A DNA stretch of 64,000 bases from Clostridia bacterium (GCA_017397175.1 JAFQKA010000001.1:8266-72265); one strand, 5' to 3'; shown: positions 45,576 through 55,071, counted from the first letter of the stretch. The notes: a model not told the origin generated them from the letters alone. Made by a program: numbers and translations.

Positions 45576-46595
45576 TTACTTGGCAAATTCCCACAGTCCG
45601 TTTTCCGCCAGCTGATAGATGAGGGCGCTTTCTGCATCGGTTTTTGCATAAAGGGTGCCGTCCCCGTCCGAAGACAAGCAGATCGTGTACGTTTCGTCTT
45701 TTTCAACGTATCCTCCTGCGGCACTGTCTGCTTCAAGCTTCTGGCGAACCGTGTAGGTGACACTCAGTGTGACGGGGTTAGAAAAATACAGTTCGTTGTC
45801 TGCTTGGCTGTAGAAATAATCTCCCGAGGGCTTTATTGCCGCCACCGCTTCTGCCAATCGGTAGAAGTCGGCGTAGGAGTAATCGGCGGTCTTGCCGTTT
45901 GACGTTTTTGTTGCAGTGTGAGAATAAACCGCGCCGTTTGGATTGTCGTCCGTTATTTGATCCTCGTCGTTGTAGAGAAATTCCGTTACGGAGTTGTAAA
46001 TTATACTTTCATCTCCCGTTTTAAACTCTACCGATTTTATACTGTCGGCTTCGGGGGGCTGAGGAAAGTCAAGGACGAGAAATTCGGAGAGGGCAAGCTG
46101 AAATGCCTCGCAAACCGAGCTTTCAACGGTGAAAACGTATTCGGGGTGCTGCTCGCTGCAGAAATAATATGCTTTGATAATGCCATTGAGGTTTCCTATG
46201 CGGTAGGTCTCCTCGCCGTTTTTATCGGTGACACTTACCTTGATTTTCGGTTCGTCAAGGCCGTATTGGGCAAGGTCCGTCACTCCGTCGATTCGGTTTG
46301 TTCCCGTAACGTCTATCATATTCTGTGCAAGCTGTGCAATAATATCCGACTGAATTTCAAGGTCCGGGGCCTCGGCCAAAACCCAGGCGTCGCCCTGCTT
46401 TTTGAATGCAAAAGTGCCGTTTTCGTTTGTGACGGTCAGAGCCGATACGCTGTCGCCGTCAATGTCGGAGGCGTCGTAGATGATCTGCTGTTGTGCGGGA
46501 GGTGCATCGTCATCGCAGGATCGGACGAGCAGACAGAGACACACCAGAACCAAAAGCAAAAGGATCATCAGCAGTAGCTTTGGAGTTCTCTTCAT
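45576..46595 (-). CDS. DUF4340-like membrane-anchored protein (operon 2)
   Basis: I moved the start to ATG 46595 (MKRTPKLLLMILLLLVLVCL), which shares one base with the upstream TAA (TAATG). It has an N-terminal anchor and an external domain, and it is shorter than the operon-1 counterpart. Confidence 0.5.
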   Translation of the reverse strand: MKRTPKLLLMILLLLVLVCLCLLVRSCDDDAPPAQQQIIYDASDIDGDSVSALTVTNENGTFAFKKQGDAWVLAEAPDLEIQSDIIAQLAQNMIDVTGTNRIDGVTDLAQYGLDEPKIKVSVTDKNGEETYRIGNLNGIIKAYYFCSEQHPEYVFTVESSVCEAFQLALSEFLVLDFPQPPEADSIKSVEFKTGDESIIYNSVTEFLYNDEDQITDDNPNGAVYSHTATKTSNGKTADYSYADFYRLAEAVAAIKPSGDYFYSQADNELYFSNPVTLSVTYTVRQKLEADSAAGGYVEKDETYTICLSSDGDGTLYAKTDAESALIYQLAENGLWEFAK

Positions 46596-48088
46596 TATCT
46601 TCTTCTCCTTAAATACCAGCGAAGGACGCCCCAGAACAGCACTGCCAGAGGAATGATCGCTGTGAGCAGAGTGCCCCAAAGTGTTGCCTGTGATTCTTCA
46701 ACTATCAGCCTGGAGTTGGTCAAAGCCGTTGAAGGAATGATTTTCACCACCTGCTGGCGCTCGCATACGTTTGTGAGAATTGAGAGGAAATATTTGTAGT
46801 TTCCGCCGCTGACGTAGCTGTTGTCGCTGTCGTTGAAGAGGTTGGTGGAGGACCAGATGATCTTGCCTCCGTTTTCCTTTTCGGCTAAAGCCGAGACGGT
46901 AAACTGACCTTCAACCGAAGCATCTGTCCTATCGGTGGTGGTAGCATCAACGGCAACGGTGTAGGCCTTTGCCGAGGTGGTGAGCAGAGGAGTGACCTTT
47001 ATGCTGTCGGGCAGATCGGGATCGGTCACAATAGGATGAGCCAAGGGGGTATAAACGGAAGTTGATATTATTGACGAGGTGATCTTATTGTCGGCGGAAA
47101 GGGTGGGGAGAAGCCCGTAGGGCTGACCGCGGTAATACATATCGGACGCCGTTTCGATGATGATTCCCTCCTGTGCCATAAGACCGTACAGAGCTAATAC
47201 TCGCATTAGATTTGGCAGATCAAGACGGTTGCACAGGGTGTTAACGATAAGAGTTCCGCCCTTTGCAAGATAGTCGATAAGCATCTGCGCCTCGTCCTCG
47301 TTTATGTCGGCAGTGGGCGCATTTAGGTAGATCGCCTCGGCATCCGCGGGAATATCGCTTGTTCGCAGAGAAAGTGCGCTCAGAAGCATATTCTGATTTT
47401 CAACCTGTGCAACAAGTGACGCGGAGGGGGCTGTTCCGTGGTCGGAAAGGTAATATACTGCGGGGATCTTGTCGGTAGTGACGTAATCCAGCGCATTTGT
47501 GATAACACTTTCGCCGTCAAAGTTCAGAACACCGCCCAGTGTCTGTCCGTAGACCATGTTGTAATAATTTTCGATCTGCGCGTATTCTGCGTAGGAGATG
47601 TTTCCGTAGCCCTCCACCGCGTAAAAATACAGGTCGTAGAAATCAATTATCTTGTGGCGTTTTGCGCTTTCAACGATGAGAGTATAGTTTTCAAGCTCGG
47701 TCTCGGAGTATTTTGAATAGAAGGTGGGATTTGCCACGGGGTCGATTATCTCTACCGAGATATGAGAGGAAAGATCCTCGTATTTTGACAGGAAGGTCGT
47801 CAGGTGAGGAATATTTTCCATGGCGTTTCCGCTGTTGTCGGTGCCGCCTTGGCAGAGAAAATAGATGTTGATGTCTTCCTTTAACTCGGGGATCGTGCTT
47901 TCTGTCACCTTCGAAAGGGTGTAAAGCTCAAGGGATGTCATGTCAAGCTTTGTGTACTTTGATGGTGCGGATAGCACGAAAACGTTTGCCAGGATCAGAA
48001 CGGCCAGTACAACGGCCGTCATGACCACCGTATAGGTGCCGACCTTGGAGGTACGGTTCATAAAATTCTTCTTTTCCATAGTATCCAC
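46595..48088 (-). CDS. GldG-like ABC-transporter auxiliary protein (operon 2)
   Basis: 497 aa with N- and C-terminal TM anchors, the same architecture as 15336-16874. Confidence 0.65.
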   Translation of the reverse strand: MDTMEKKNFMNRTSKVGTYTVVMTAVVLAVLILANVFVLSAPSKYTKLDMTSLELYTLSKVTESTIPELKEDINIYFLCQGGTDNSGNAMENIPHLTTFLSKYEDLSSHISVEIIDPVANPTFYSKYSETELENYTLIVESAKRHKIIDFYDLYFYAVEGYGNISYAEYAQIENYYNMVYGQTLGGVLNFDGESVITNALDYVTTDKIPAVYYLSDHGTAPSASLVAQVENQNMLLSALSLRTSDIPADAEAIYLNAPTADINEDEAQMLIDYLAKGGTLIVNTLCNRLDLPNLMRVLALYGLMAQEGIIIETASDMYYRGQPYGLLPTLSADNKITSSIISTSVYTPLAHPIVTDPDLPDSIKVTPLLTTSAKAYTVAVDATTTDRTDASVEGQFTVSALAEKENGGKIIWSSTNLFNDSDNSYVSGGNYKYFLSILTNVCERQQVVKIIPSTALTNSRLIVEESQATLWGTLLTAIIPLAVLFWGVLRWYLRRRR

Positions 48089-48094
48089 CTCCTG

Positions 48095-48958
48095 TCAGCT
48101 CCAACGGCGCTTTTCTACAGCTTGCACCGTCAGATATACGAAGAAAACGGCAAAGGAAAGGAGATAGACGAGAGCAGTCACGTCAAAAATGCCGCCTGTC
48201 ATATCCGTGAAGCGGTCGAACACCGCCAGATAGGAGATCACCTTTCCGAAAAGTCCGCCGAATGCGGCGTTGTTTGTGAAATAGAAAATGTTGAGAGGTA
48301 TCAGACAAACGATTGCCGCAATCGCAGAGATGATATAATCGCGGGTAAGCAGCCAGAACACAACGCCAAGTGCTATCGAAAGCACAAAGAAGCAGATGTA
48401 GGAGGCGATAGGCGATGTGGGAACGGTTGTTGAGAGACCGTTCATCATATACATAACAAGGAGAGCGCCGAAGCTTATAACGGCGGAAATTACCTGGCTC
48501 TCGGTCAAGGTGGACATAAACATACAAATGGCGATAAGCGCCGCGCCCAGGACAAAAAATCCAAGAAGCGCAATGTATGCGCCTTTAAAGAAGACCTCAC
48601 CGAAAAGACTCAGGATAAGGGGATAAAGTCCTGTGATAAATACGGGGATCGCGAATACCGCCAGCATAGCAAAATACTTGCCCAATACGATCTTTGTGAC
48701 GCTCATGGGCAGAGAGTAGAGAAGCTGGTCGGTCTTTGATCTTTTTTCCTCCGCAAAGGAACGCATACCAAGCAGAGGCGCCAAAAGCAGGAAAACAATA
48801 GTGCAGTTTGAAAGCACGTATTCAAAGGAGGTGTAGCCGCCTCGCAGGTTGACGGCAGTGACGTAGATTCCCGCGAAAAAGAGCAGGAAAGCGATAAATA
48901 CCGCGCCTGTCACGTTGTTCATGTAAGAACGAAATTCTTTTCTGAAAACAGAGATCAT
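48095..48958 (-). CDS. ABC-2 type transporter permease (operon 2)
   Basis: 287 aa with six or seven hydrophobic segments. Confidence 0.8.
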   Translation of the reverse strand: MISVFRKEFRSYMNNVTGAVFIAFLLFFAGIYVTAVNLRGGYTSFEYVLSNCTIVFLLLAPLLGMRSFAEEKRSKTDQLLYSLPMSVTKIVLGKYFAMLAVFAIPVFITGLYPLILSLFGEVFFKGAYIALLGFFVLGAALIAICMFMSTLTESQVISAVISFGALLVMYMMNGLSTTVPTSPIASYICFFVLSIALGVVFWLLTRDYIISAIAAIVCLIPLNIFYFTNNAAFGGLFGKVISYLAVFDRFTDMTGGIFDVTALVYLLSFAVFFVYLTVQAVEKRRWS

Positions 48959-50073
48959 TCTGCATCGTCCTCCTCTCTGTCAGTGGTGAAAAGGGGTGTA
49001 TATTCCTCGTCCGAGCCGGTTTCATTATCCTCGGATAGTGGTGTGTTTTCCCCAATTTCCTCGGTCGCATCTTCTTCGACCGACTTTCCGCGGCGGCTGA
49101 GGATCTCCTCTATCGAAGGAAGATTTCCCTCCTCATCGGGATAAACGTCGTCCTCGGTCATGGCAAGGAAGATGTCCTCCAGGGTGGTCTCCTCGTAGTC
49201 CATTGACAAAATGGGGGTCTTGTTTTCGCTCATGGCAAAAAAGATGCCGTCGCGGTGATCGCCTTCTTTTTCAAGCTCAAGGCGGACGGTCGAAATTCCG
49301 TCCTTTTCCTCGCCATCGGCAGAGATCACGCCGTCAAGCGCGCGAAGCTTTTCGAGAATGGCTTCAAGCCCGCCGCGAACAGAGAGGCGGAGCTTGTTCG
49401 ACTTATTCGCAATCGCTTCAAGGTTTTCGAGTGTGTCGTTTGCCACCAGATTTCCTCTTGAAATTATCATGATATGCTCACATACGGCACTTATCTCCGC
49501 CAGAATGTGGCTTGAAAGAATGACGGTCTTTGTTTCGCCCAGGCGGCGGATAAGATCGCGTATTTCAAGTATCTGCTTGGGGTCAAGACCGACAGTCGGC
49601 TCGTCCAAAATTATTACCTCGGGGTTGCCAAGCATTGCCTGGGCTATGCCTACTCTCTGACGGTAGCCCTTTGAGAGGTTCTTGATGAGCTTGTTCTTGT
49701 ATTCCTCAAGCCCCGTGACCTCAATTACCTCATTCACCTGTCCCGTTACGTCAAATCCGCGCAAGCCTTTTGCTTCGGCTACGAAAGTAAGGTATTCTGT
49801 GGGTGTCATATCGGTGTAAAGCGGCGGCATTTCGGGCAGATATCCAATGAGACGCTTTGCCTCAATCGGCTCCTCGAAAATGTCGTGACCGTCCACGGTC
49901 ACACTGCCCGACGTTGCCGCAAGGCAGCCTGTGATTATGTTCATTGTAGTAGACTTTCCCGCGCCGTTGGGGCCGAGAAGTCCGTAGATCTTTCCTTTTT
50001 CAACCGTAAAGCTGATCGAGTTTACGGCGCGGTGCGCACCGTATTGCTTTACGAGATTTTTTACCTCTATCAA
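48955..50073 (-). CDS. ABC transporter ATP-binding protein (operon 2) with a ~70-aa strongly acidic C-terminal tail
   Basis: I moved the start to TTG 50073, 7 nt after SD GGAGG, giving M-IEVKNLVKQYG, which is colinear with the operon-1 ATPase. Walker A GPNGAGKST, LSKGYRQR and ILDEPT are present. The tail reads ...EEDATEEIGENTPLSEDNETGSDEEY...REEDDAE. Confidence 0.85.
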   Translation of the reverse strand: MIEVKNLVKQYGAHRAVNSISFTVEKGKIYGLLGPNGAGKSTTMNIITGCLAATSGSVTVDGHDIFEEPIEAKRLIGYLPEMPPLYTDMTPTEYLTFVAEAKGLRGFDVTGQVNEVIEVTGLEEYKNKLIKNLSKGYRQRVGIAQAMLGNPEVIILDEPTVGLDPKQILEIRDLIRRLGETKTVILSSHILAEISAVCEHIMIISRGNLVANDTLENLEAIANKSNKLRLSVRGGLEAILEKLRALDGVISADGEEKDGISTVRLELEKEGDHRDGIFFAMSENKTPILSMDYEETTLEDIFLAMTEDDVYPDEEGNLPSIEEILSRRGKSVEEDATEEIGENTPLSEDNETGSDEEYTPLFTTDREEDDAE

Positions 50074-50156
50074 AGCGATACCTCCAAAAAATATATACGT
50101 TTTAATTATATTCGTTTTTTGTGTTGTCAAGTTGACGGTTTTCTGTAAAATATGGT

Positions 50157-50183
50157 AAAAGTGCGGTCCACGACCGCACTTTT
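50157..50183. terminator. Intrinsic terminator after the transketolase genes
   Basis: AAAAGTGCGGTC-CAC-GACCGCACTTTT. Confidence 0.8.
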
Positions 50184-50197
50184 ACTATTATAAATGA

Positions 50198-51136
50198 TTA
50201 TTTCTTTGCCAGAAGCTCCCGAGCCTTCTCTGCTACGTGTGCAGGGGTGAGGCCGTATTCCTCAAGCAGTGCGGGAACGGTGCCCGACTTGCCGAAGGTG
50301 TCCTGTGTACCCATTCTCATAACGGGAACGGGACATTCCTCGCTCAAAACTTCGCAAACGGCAGATCCGAGACCTCCGATAACGCTGTGTTCCTCAACTG
50401 TAAGGATAGCGCCGGTTTCCTTTGCGGCTTTTGTGAGGATCTCGCGGTCGATGGGCTTGATGGTGTGAATGTTGATAACTCGTGCTGAAATTCCCTTTTC
50501 GGCAAGAAGATCGCGAGCTTCAAGGGCCATCTGAACGGTAAATCCCGATCCGACGATGGTCAGATCCGTACCCTCAGCCATAGTTACACCCTTGCCTATT
50601 TCAAATTTGTAGGTTTCGGCGTCGTTGAAAACGGGAACTGCGTATCTGCCGAATCGCATATAAACTGGACCGTCAACAGAGAGGGACGCCTCAACTGCCG
50701 CTCTTGCTTCAACTGCGTCCGCGGGATTGATGATAGTCATGCCGGGGATCGTTCGCATGAGAGCGATGTCCTCAAGGCACTGGTGGGTTGCTCCGTCCTC
50801 GCCCACGGTGATACCTGCGTGGGTCGCACCGATCTTTACGGGAAGATGAGGATAGCCGATAGAGTTTCTGATCTGCTCAAAGGCACGTCCTGCCGCGAAC
50901 ATTGCAAAGGAAGATGCGAAAACCGTTCTTCCCGTTGCGGCGATACCTGCCGCTACCGACATCATATTTCCCTCTGCGATTCCACAATCGTAGAATCTGT
51001 CGGGGAACTTCTTTTTGAACATTACTGTTTTTGTAGCCTCTGCCAAATCGGCATCGAGAACCACGAAATCATGCTTTTCGCCAAGCTCGGCAAGTGCCGC
51101 GCCGTAGGCTTCTCTCGTTGCTTTCTTGTCTGCCAT
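50198..51136 (-). CDS. Transketolase, C-terminal (pyrimidine-binding) subunit
   Basis: 312 aa. It is the split-transketolase partner of the upstream gene, with a one-base TGATG overlap. Confidence 0.9.
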   Translation of the reverse strand: MADKKATREAYGAALAELGEKHDFVVLDADLAEATKTVMFKKKFPDRFYDCGIAEGNMMSVAAGIAATGRTVFASSFAMFAAGRAFEQIRNSIGYPHLPVKIGATHAGITVGEDGATHQCLEDIALMRTIPGMTIINPADAVEARAAVEASLSVDGPVYMRFGRYAVPVFNDAETYKFEIGKGVTMAEGTDLTIVGSGFTVQMALEARDLLAEKGISARVINIHTIKPIDREILTKAAKETGAILTVEEHSVIGGLGSAVCEVLSEECPVPVMRMGTQDTFGKSGTVPALLEEYGLTPAHVAEKARELLAKK

Positions 51137-51972
51137 CAGATGTTACCCTCCTGCGCGTCAAGCTCGGCCATAGCCTGCTTGTATTCGTCTTCATTTGGCG
51201 CCTTTCCGTGCCAACCAACGCTGTTTTCCATGAAGGAAACGCCCTTGCCTTTTACAGACTTTGCGATGATGGCGGTAGGCTTGCCCTTACATTCCTTTGC
51301 TGCCTTGAAGGCCGCCTCGATCTGGTCGAAGTCGTGGGCGTCGATGGTAATTACGTTAAAGCCGAATGCTTCAAATTTCTTATCGTGGGGGGCGGGATTC
51401 ATGACCTGTGCCGTAGGGCCGTCGATCTGAAGACCGTTCAGATCCAAAATAACGCAGAGGTTGTCCAGCTTGTAGTGAGCGGCGAACATAGCCGCCTCCC
51501 AAACCTGACCCTCCTCGCTTTCACCGTCGCCCACAGCGGTGTAAACTCTGAAATCGTCGCCAAAGTGCTTAGCCGAAAGAGCCATTCCGCAAGCGGCGGA
51601 GATGCCCAGACCCAGAGAGCCTGTGGTCGTGTCAACACCGGGAATATGCTTCATATCGGGGTGACCCTGAAGAATACTGTCGATCTTACGGAGAGATTTA
51701 AGAAGATCTTTTTCGAAATATCCGCGCTCTGCGAGAGTTGCATAAAGAGCGGGTGCGCAATGTCCCTTTGAAAGTACGAAACGGTCGCGCTTTTCGTCAC
51801 GGGGATTTGCAGGATCAACGTTCATTTCCACAAAATAAAGATACGTGAGAATGTCGGTGATCGAAAGAGAGCCGCCGGGATGTCCCGACTTTGCGTTAAA
51901 GGTGCCTTCGATTACGCCGCGGCGTATATTGAGGGCGTGTTTTTTAAGTTGAGTTACAGTGGTCTGTTCCAT
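51136..51972 (-). CDS. Transketolase, N-terminal (thiamine diphosphate-binding) subunit
   Basis: 278 aa with GHPGGSLS and the GDGESEEG ThDP motif. Confidence 0.9.
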   Translation of the reverse strand: MEQTTVTQLKKHALNIRRGVIEGTFNAKSGHPGGSLSITDILTYLYFVEMNVDPANPRDEKRDRFVLSKGHCAPALYATLAERGYFEKDLLKSLRKIDSILQGHPDMKHIPGVDTTTGSLGLGISAACGMALSAKHFGDDFRVYTAVGDGESEEGQVWEAAMFAAHYKLDNLCVILDLNGLQIDGPTAQVMNPAPHDKKFEAFGFNVITIDAHDFDQIEAAFKAAKECKGKPTAIIAKSVKGKGVSFMENSVGWHGKAPNEDEYKQAMAELDAQEGNI

Positions 51973-52010
51973 ATTTGCACCTTTCGCTTGAACTTATGTT
52001 TTACAATATA

Positions 52011-52039
52011 ATTATATAGCAATATACCTCTTTTGTCAA
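52011..52039 (-). promoter_or_regulatory. Consensus sigma-A promoter of the split transketolase operon
   Basis: The minus strand reads TTGACA (52039-52034), 17 nt, TATAAT (52016-52011). Confidence 0.65.
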
Positions 52040-52087
52040 GTGTTTTGGCGGGTGATTAGAGCCGAGGCGTGCTGTTTTTTTCGCACA

Positions 52088-52900
52088 TCAGACGAAACGT
52101 GATACCGCAAGGGATAAGAGGAAAAGGATTCCGTTGAGAACTACTATCGCCGCGCCTGTGGGCAGATCGAAAAAGCAGGCCGCCATGATACCGCCAAAGG
52201 AACAGAGCACGCTGATGACAGCCGATGAAAGTACTACCGCGCGAAAGCTTTTGAACAGTCGCATTGAGGTGAGTGCGGGGAAAATTATGAGAGCGGAGAT
52301 GAGAAGCGCGCCCATAACTCTCATACCGACCACGACCGTCAGGCCGCTGACGGTGGCGATAAGCATTTTGTATGCCTTTGTTTTGATTCCCGTAGCACCG
52401 GAAAAGCTCTCGTCGAAGGTGACCGCGAAAATGCGGTTGAAAAAGAGCAGATAGATGATCAGTACCGCCGCAGAAAGGCTGATTGCAAGGATAACGTCCG
52501 AGCGGGACATTGCGTTGATAGAGCCGAACATATAGCTTGAGATATCCGAGTTGACGCCGCCGCTGACCGAAATAACGCAGACCCCCAGAGCCAAAGCACC
52601 GCTTGAGATCATGGCGATGGCGGAATCACCGCTTATGCGGGAACTGTCACTGATCCGAAGCAGCAGTATTGCCGAAAGCACCACCACGGGGACGGAAAAG
52701 GCAAGAGGCGCCATTCCCGCAACGGTGGCGACGGCGATGGCACCGAATGCAACGTGGGAAAGACCGTCTCCGATCATGGAATAACGGCGCAAAACAAGAC
52801 TTACGCCGAGAACAGATGAGCAGAGTGCCACAAGACAGCCTACGATAAGCGCGTTTCGAACAAACCCGTAGGAAAGGTAGCGTAAGAGCATATCAATCAT
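52088..52900 (-). CDS. znuB: Metal (zinc) ABC transporter permease
   Basis: 270 aa, ABC-3 family-like polytopic membrane protein, last gene of the zur-znuACB string. Confidence 0.85.
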   Translation of the reverse strand: MIDMLLRYLSYGFVRNALIVGCLVALCSSVLGVSLVLRRYSMIGDGLSHVAFGAIAVATVAGMAPLAFSVPVVVLSAILLLRISDSSRISGDSAIAMISSGALALGVCVISVSGGVNSDISSYMFGSINAMSRSDVILAISLSAAVLIIYLLFFNRIFAVTFDESFSGATGIKTKAYKMLIATVSGLTVVVGMRVMGALLISALIIFPALTSMRLFKSFRAVVLSSAVISVLCSFGGIMAACFFDLPTGAAIVVLNGILFLLSLAVSRFV

Positions 52901-53630
52901 TCTTCTCTCCTCCTTTTCCCGCGGAAAAACGCTCGAAGACCGATGATCGCAGATAATCCGACGTGTCGCCGAAGAATTTTACCGTGTGGTCAAGATGGAG
53001 AACGCGGCTTGAGTATTTCAGCGCAGCGTCAAGATCGTGGGAGACCATGACAACGCTGACACCCGAGCGGTTGATCTCGGATATTATGCCGTACATTTCT
53101 TTGGTCACGCCCACGTCGAGACCCGAAACAGGCTCGTCCAAAAGCAGGATCTTTCCTGCGGCGCAAAGAGCACGCGCCAAAAGCACGCGTTGCTGCTGAC
53201 CGCCCGAAAGCTCGCGGTAGCAACGGGTGGCAAGATGGGAGATCCCCATTTTCTCCATTGCGTCCTGCGCCTTTTTCTTGTCTGCGGCGCGGTAAAATGG
53301 GAAGAATCCTCCCCCAAGACAACCCGAGAGAACAACTTCGCGCACGGACGCGGGAAAATCCTTTTGTATCTGTGTCTGCTGAGGCAGATATCCCACAAGG
53401 CTTTGGGTAAGCCCCGCGCCGTAGATTATCTTTCCGTCGGTGGGAGCTTTAAGACCCAGCAGTGCCTTTAAAAGGGTGCTTTTTCCCGAACCGTTTTCGC
53501 CTAAAATGCAAAGGTAATCCCCCGCGTCAATATGAAAATCCACCTCGCAGAGCACCATTCTGCCGTCGTATGCAAGGCAGAGATCCTTTGCTTCCATAAG
53601 ATGTGGGGACGATCTATCGAAATTTATCAT
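52893..53630 (-). CDS. znuC: Metal (zinc) ABC transporter ATP-binding protein
   Basis: 245 aa with GENGSGKST, LSGGQQQR and LLLDEP. Confidence 0.9.
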   Translation of the reverse strand: MINFDRSSPHLMEAKDLCLAYDGRMVLCEVDFHIDAGDYLCILGENGSGKSTLLKALLGLKAPTDGKIIYGAGLTQSLVGYLPQQTQIQKDFPASVREVVLSGCLGGGFFPFYRAADKKKAQDAMEKMGISHLATRCYRELSGGQQQRVLLARALCAAGKILLLDEPVSGLDVGVTKEMYGIISEINRSGVSVVMVSHDLDAALKYSSRVLHLDHTVKFFGDTSDYLRSSVFERFSAGKGGEKND

Positions 53631-54535
53631 GTAAGGGCCTCCGTCAGAGCCTTGAGATTTCTTGTCATCAGATCAATATAGGTGACACCGTCCCTGAAAT
53701 CCTGTGCGGAAAGGGTGTGGCAGGAGTATAAGGTCAGTACCTTTGCGCCCGTTTCATCTGCTATTGAGGCGGCGATCTTTTCGTTTGAAAGGCTCATTTT
53801 GAAAATATATCCGACATTTTCGGCGCGCACAAGGTCGATAATATCCGCAATGTCGCTCGCCGATGCCTCGGTCTGCTCGCTGCAACCGTTAAAGGGTGAG
53901 ACGATATCAAGTCCCGTGTCGCGCGCAAGATACGCAAAGGGGTTGCGGTCGCCGAAAACAACGGTTTTTGCTTTTGCGTTTTCGGAAAGCTCATCAAAAT
54001 CCGCTGCCAGTGATTCCAACTTTTCAATATATATTTCGGTATTCTTTCGGTAAGTTTCCGCGTGTTCGGGGGAGATTTTGCACAGGGCATCGCAGATGTC
54101 CCGCGTTATCTTTATTGCGTTTTTGGGTGACGTCCACACGTGCTCGTCCTTTTCGCTGTGTCCGTGACCGTCATGGTCTGCGGTGTCCAGAAGCTCGACA
54201 GAATCGGTGATGTTCAGCACTGTCATTTTGCCTTCTCCCGAGCCGAGCACCGTCTGCGCCCAGGTCTCGCTGACACCGCCGATGCCGATGAAGAGATCGC
54301 ACTCGTCAATTTTGATCCGGTCGTTTGGTGTCGGCTCATAGGAATGAGCCTCGCTGCCCGGCTTTATGAGCATTGTCAGCTCCGCTCCCGTACCGTCGGT
54401 TATCTGCCGCGCAAAATCGTATTGAGGGAATGCCGTGCAAACTATGCTGACCCCCTCCGACCCGTTTTTTGCTCCGCACCCCGCCATGGCTATCAGGGTC
54501 ATGGCAAGCAATATATAAAATCCGATCTTTTTCAT
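53627..54535 (-). CDS. znuA: Zinc ABC transporter substrate-binding lipoprotein
   Basis: I moved the start to ATG 54535, giving a lipobox (LIAMAGC-G). The His/Asp/Glu-rich loop DTADHDGHGHSEKDEH is typical of zinc-specific cluster-9 SBPs. Confidence 0.85.
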   Translation of the reverse strand: MKKIGFYILLAMTLIAMAGCGAKNGSEGVSIVCTAFPQYDFARQITDGTGAELTMLIKPGSEAHSYEPTPNDRIKIDECDLFIGIGGVSETWAQTVLGSGEGKMTVLNITDSVELLDTADHDGHGHSEKDEHVWTSPKNAIKITRDICDALCKISPEHAETYRKNTEIYIEKLESLAADFDELSENAKAKTVVFGDRNPFAYLARDTGLDIVSPFNGCSEQTEASASDIADIIDLVRAENVGYIFKMSLSNEKIAASIADETGAKVLTLYSCHTLSAQDFRDGVTYIDLMTRNLKALTEALT

Positions 54536-54963
54536 GTGTTTTCCCTCTTTTTTCTGCATTTTTCGCATTCGCCCAGCAGTATCGACTTGCCTGCCGACAC
54601 GGAAAAACCGTGGTCGGAGGAGATGTGGCGAAGCAACTGGTCACCGATCTTACATTCAAGATGCACCACCTGCCCGCACTCCGAGCATTTCAGGTGGAAG
54701 TGATCGTCGCAGTGCTCTCCTGCGTACTGATAGAGCCGTTTCGATGTTTCGCTGTCAAAGAAACAACGCAAAGCTCCCATTTCTTCAAATTTTGAGATGA
54801 TTCTGTAAACCGAGCTTTTTCCGGGGAGCTTTTCTCCCGTTGCGCGGCATTTTTCCTCAAGGGCGTTTATTACGTCGTCGGCGGTGAACTGACGGTCACG
54901 ATGGGACCTGAAAAAGTCGAGAACCGCGTTTTTTCCGCCTGTGTTGTAGCCTGTTTTTGCCAT
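54532..54963 (-). CDS. zur: Fur-family metalloregulator, probably Zur
   Basis: I moved the start to ATG 54963 (MAKTGYNTGG...), because the track start at 55005 lies upstream of the predicted transcription start. The CxxC pairs CSECG and CEKC are present. It overlaps znuA by 4 nt. Confidence 0.8.
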   Translation of the reverse strand: MAKTGYNTGGKNAVLDFFRSHRDRQFTADDVINALEEKCRATGEKLPGKSSVYRIISKFEEMGALRCFFDSETSKRLYQYAGEHCDDHFHLKCSECGQVVHLECKIGDQLLRHISSDHGFSVSAGKSILLGECEKCRKKRENT

Positions 54964-54978
54964 TCCATACCTCTGAAA

Positions 54979-54995
54979 ATGAGAATTGTTCTCAT
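54979..54995. promoter_or_regulatory. Fur-family (Zur-type) operator candidate
   Basis: Inverted repeat ATGAGAA-TTG-TTCTCAT, which can also be read as a 7-1-7 TGAGAAT-T-GTTCTCA. It lies immediately downstream of the -10 and covers the predicted +1. Confidence 0.6.
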
Positions 54996-55024
54996 ATTGT
55001 ATCATCTATCTGCCTGTTTGTCAA
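54996..55024 (-). promoter_or_regulatory. Sigma-A promoter of zur-znuACB
   Basis: The minus strand reads TTGACA (55024-55019), 17 nt, TACAAT (55001-54996). Confidence 0.6.
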
Positions 55025-55042
55025 TATTTTGTGTGCTTTTTC

Positions 55043-55071
55043 TTGACAGATTTTCGGATTTATGATATATT
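55043..55071 (+). promoter_or_regulatory. Sigma-A promoter for the small lipoprotein gene and cdd
   Basis: TTGACA (55043-55048), 17 nt, TATATT (55066-55071) with an extended -10 TG. Confidence 0.55.

Noticed and set aside
54964-55005. The longer Zur start at 55005 given by the ORF track.
   Set aside because: It lies inside the spacer of the predicted TTGACA-17-TACAAT promoter and upstream of the operator and predicted +1. The extra 14 residues (MIQYENNSHFQRYG) are encoded by the operator palindrome itself.
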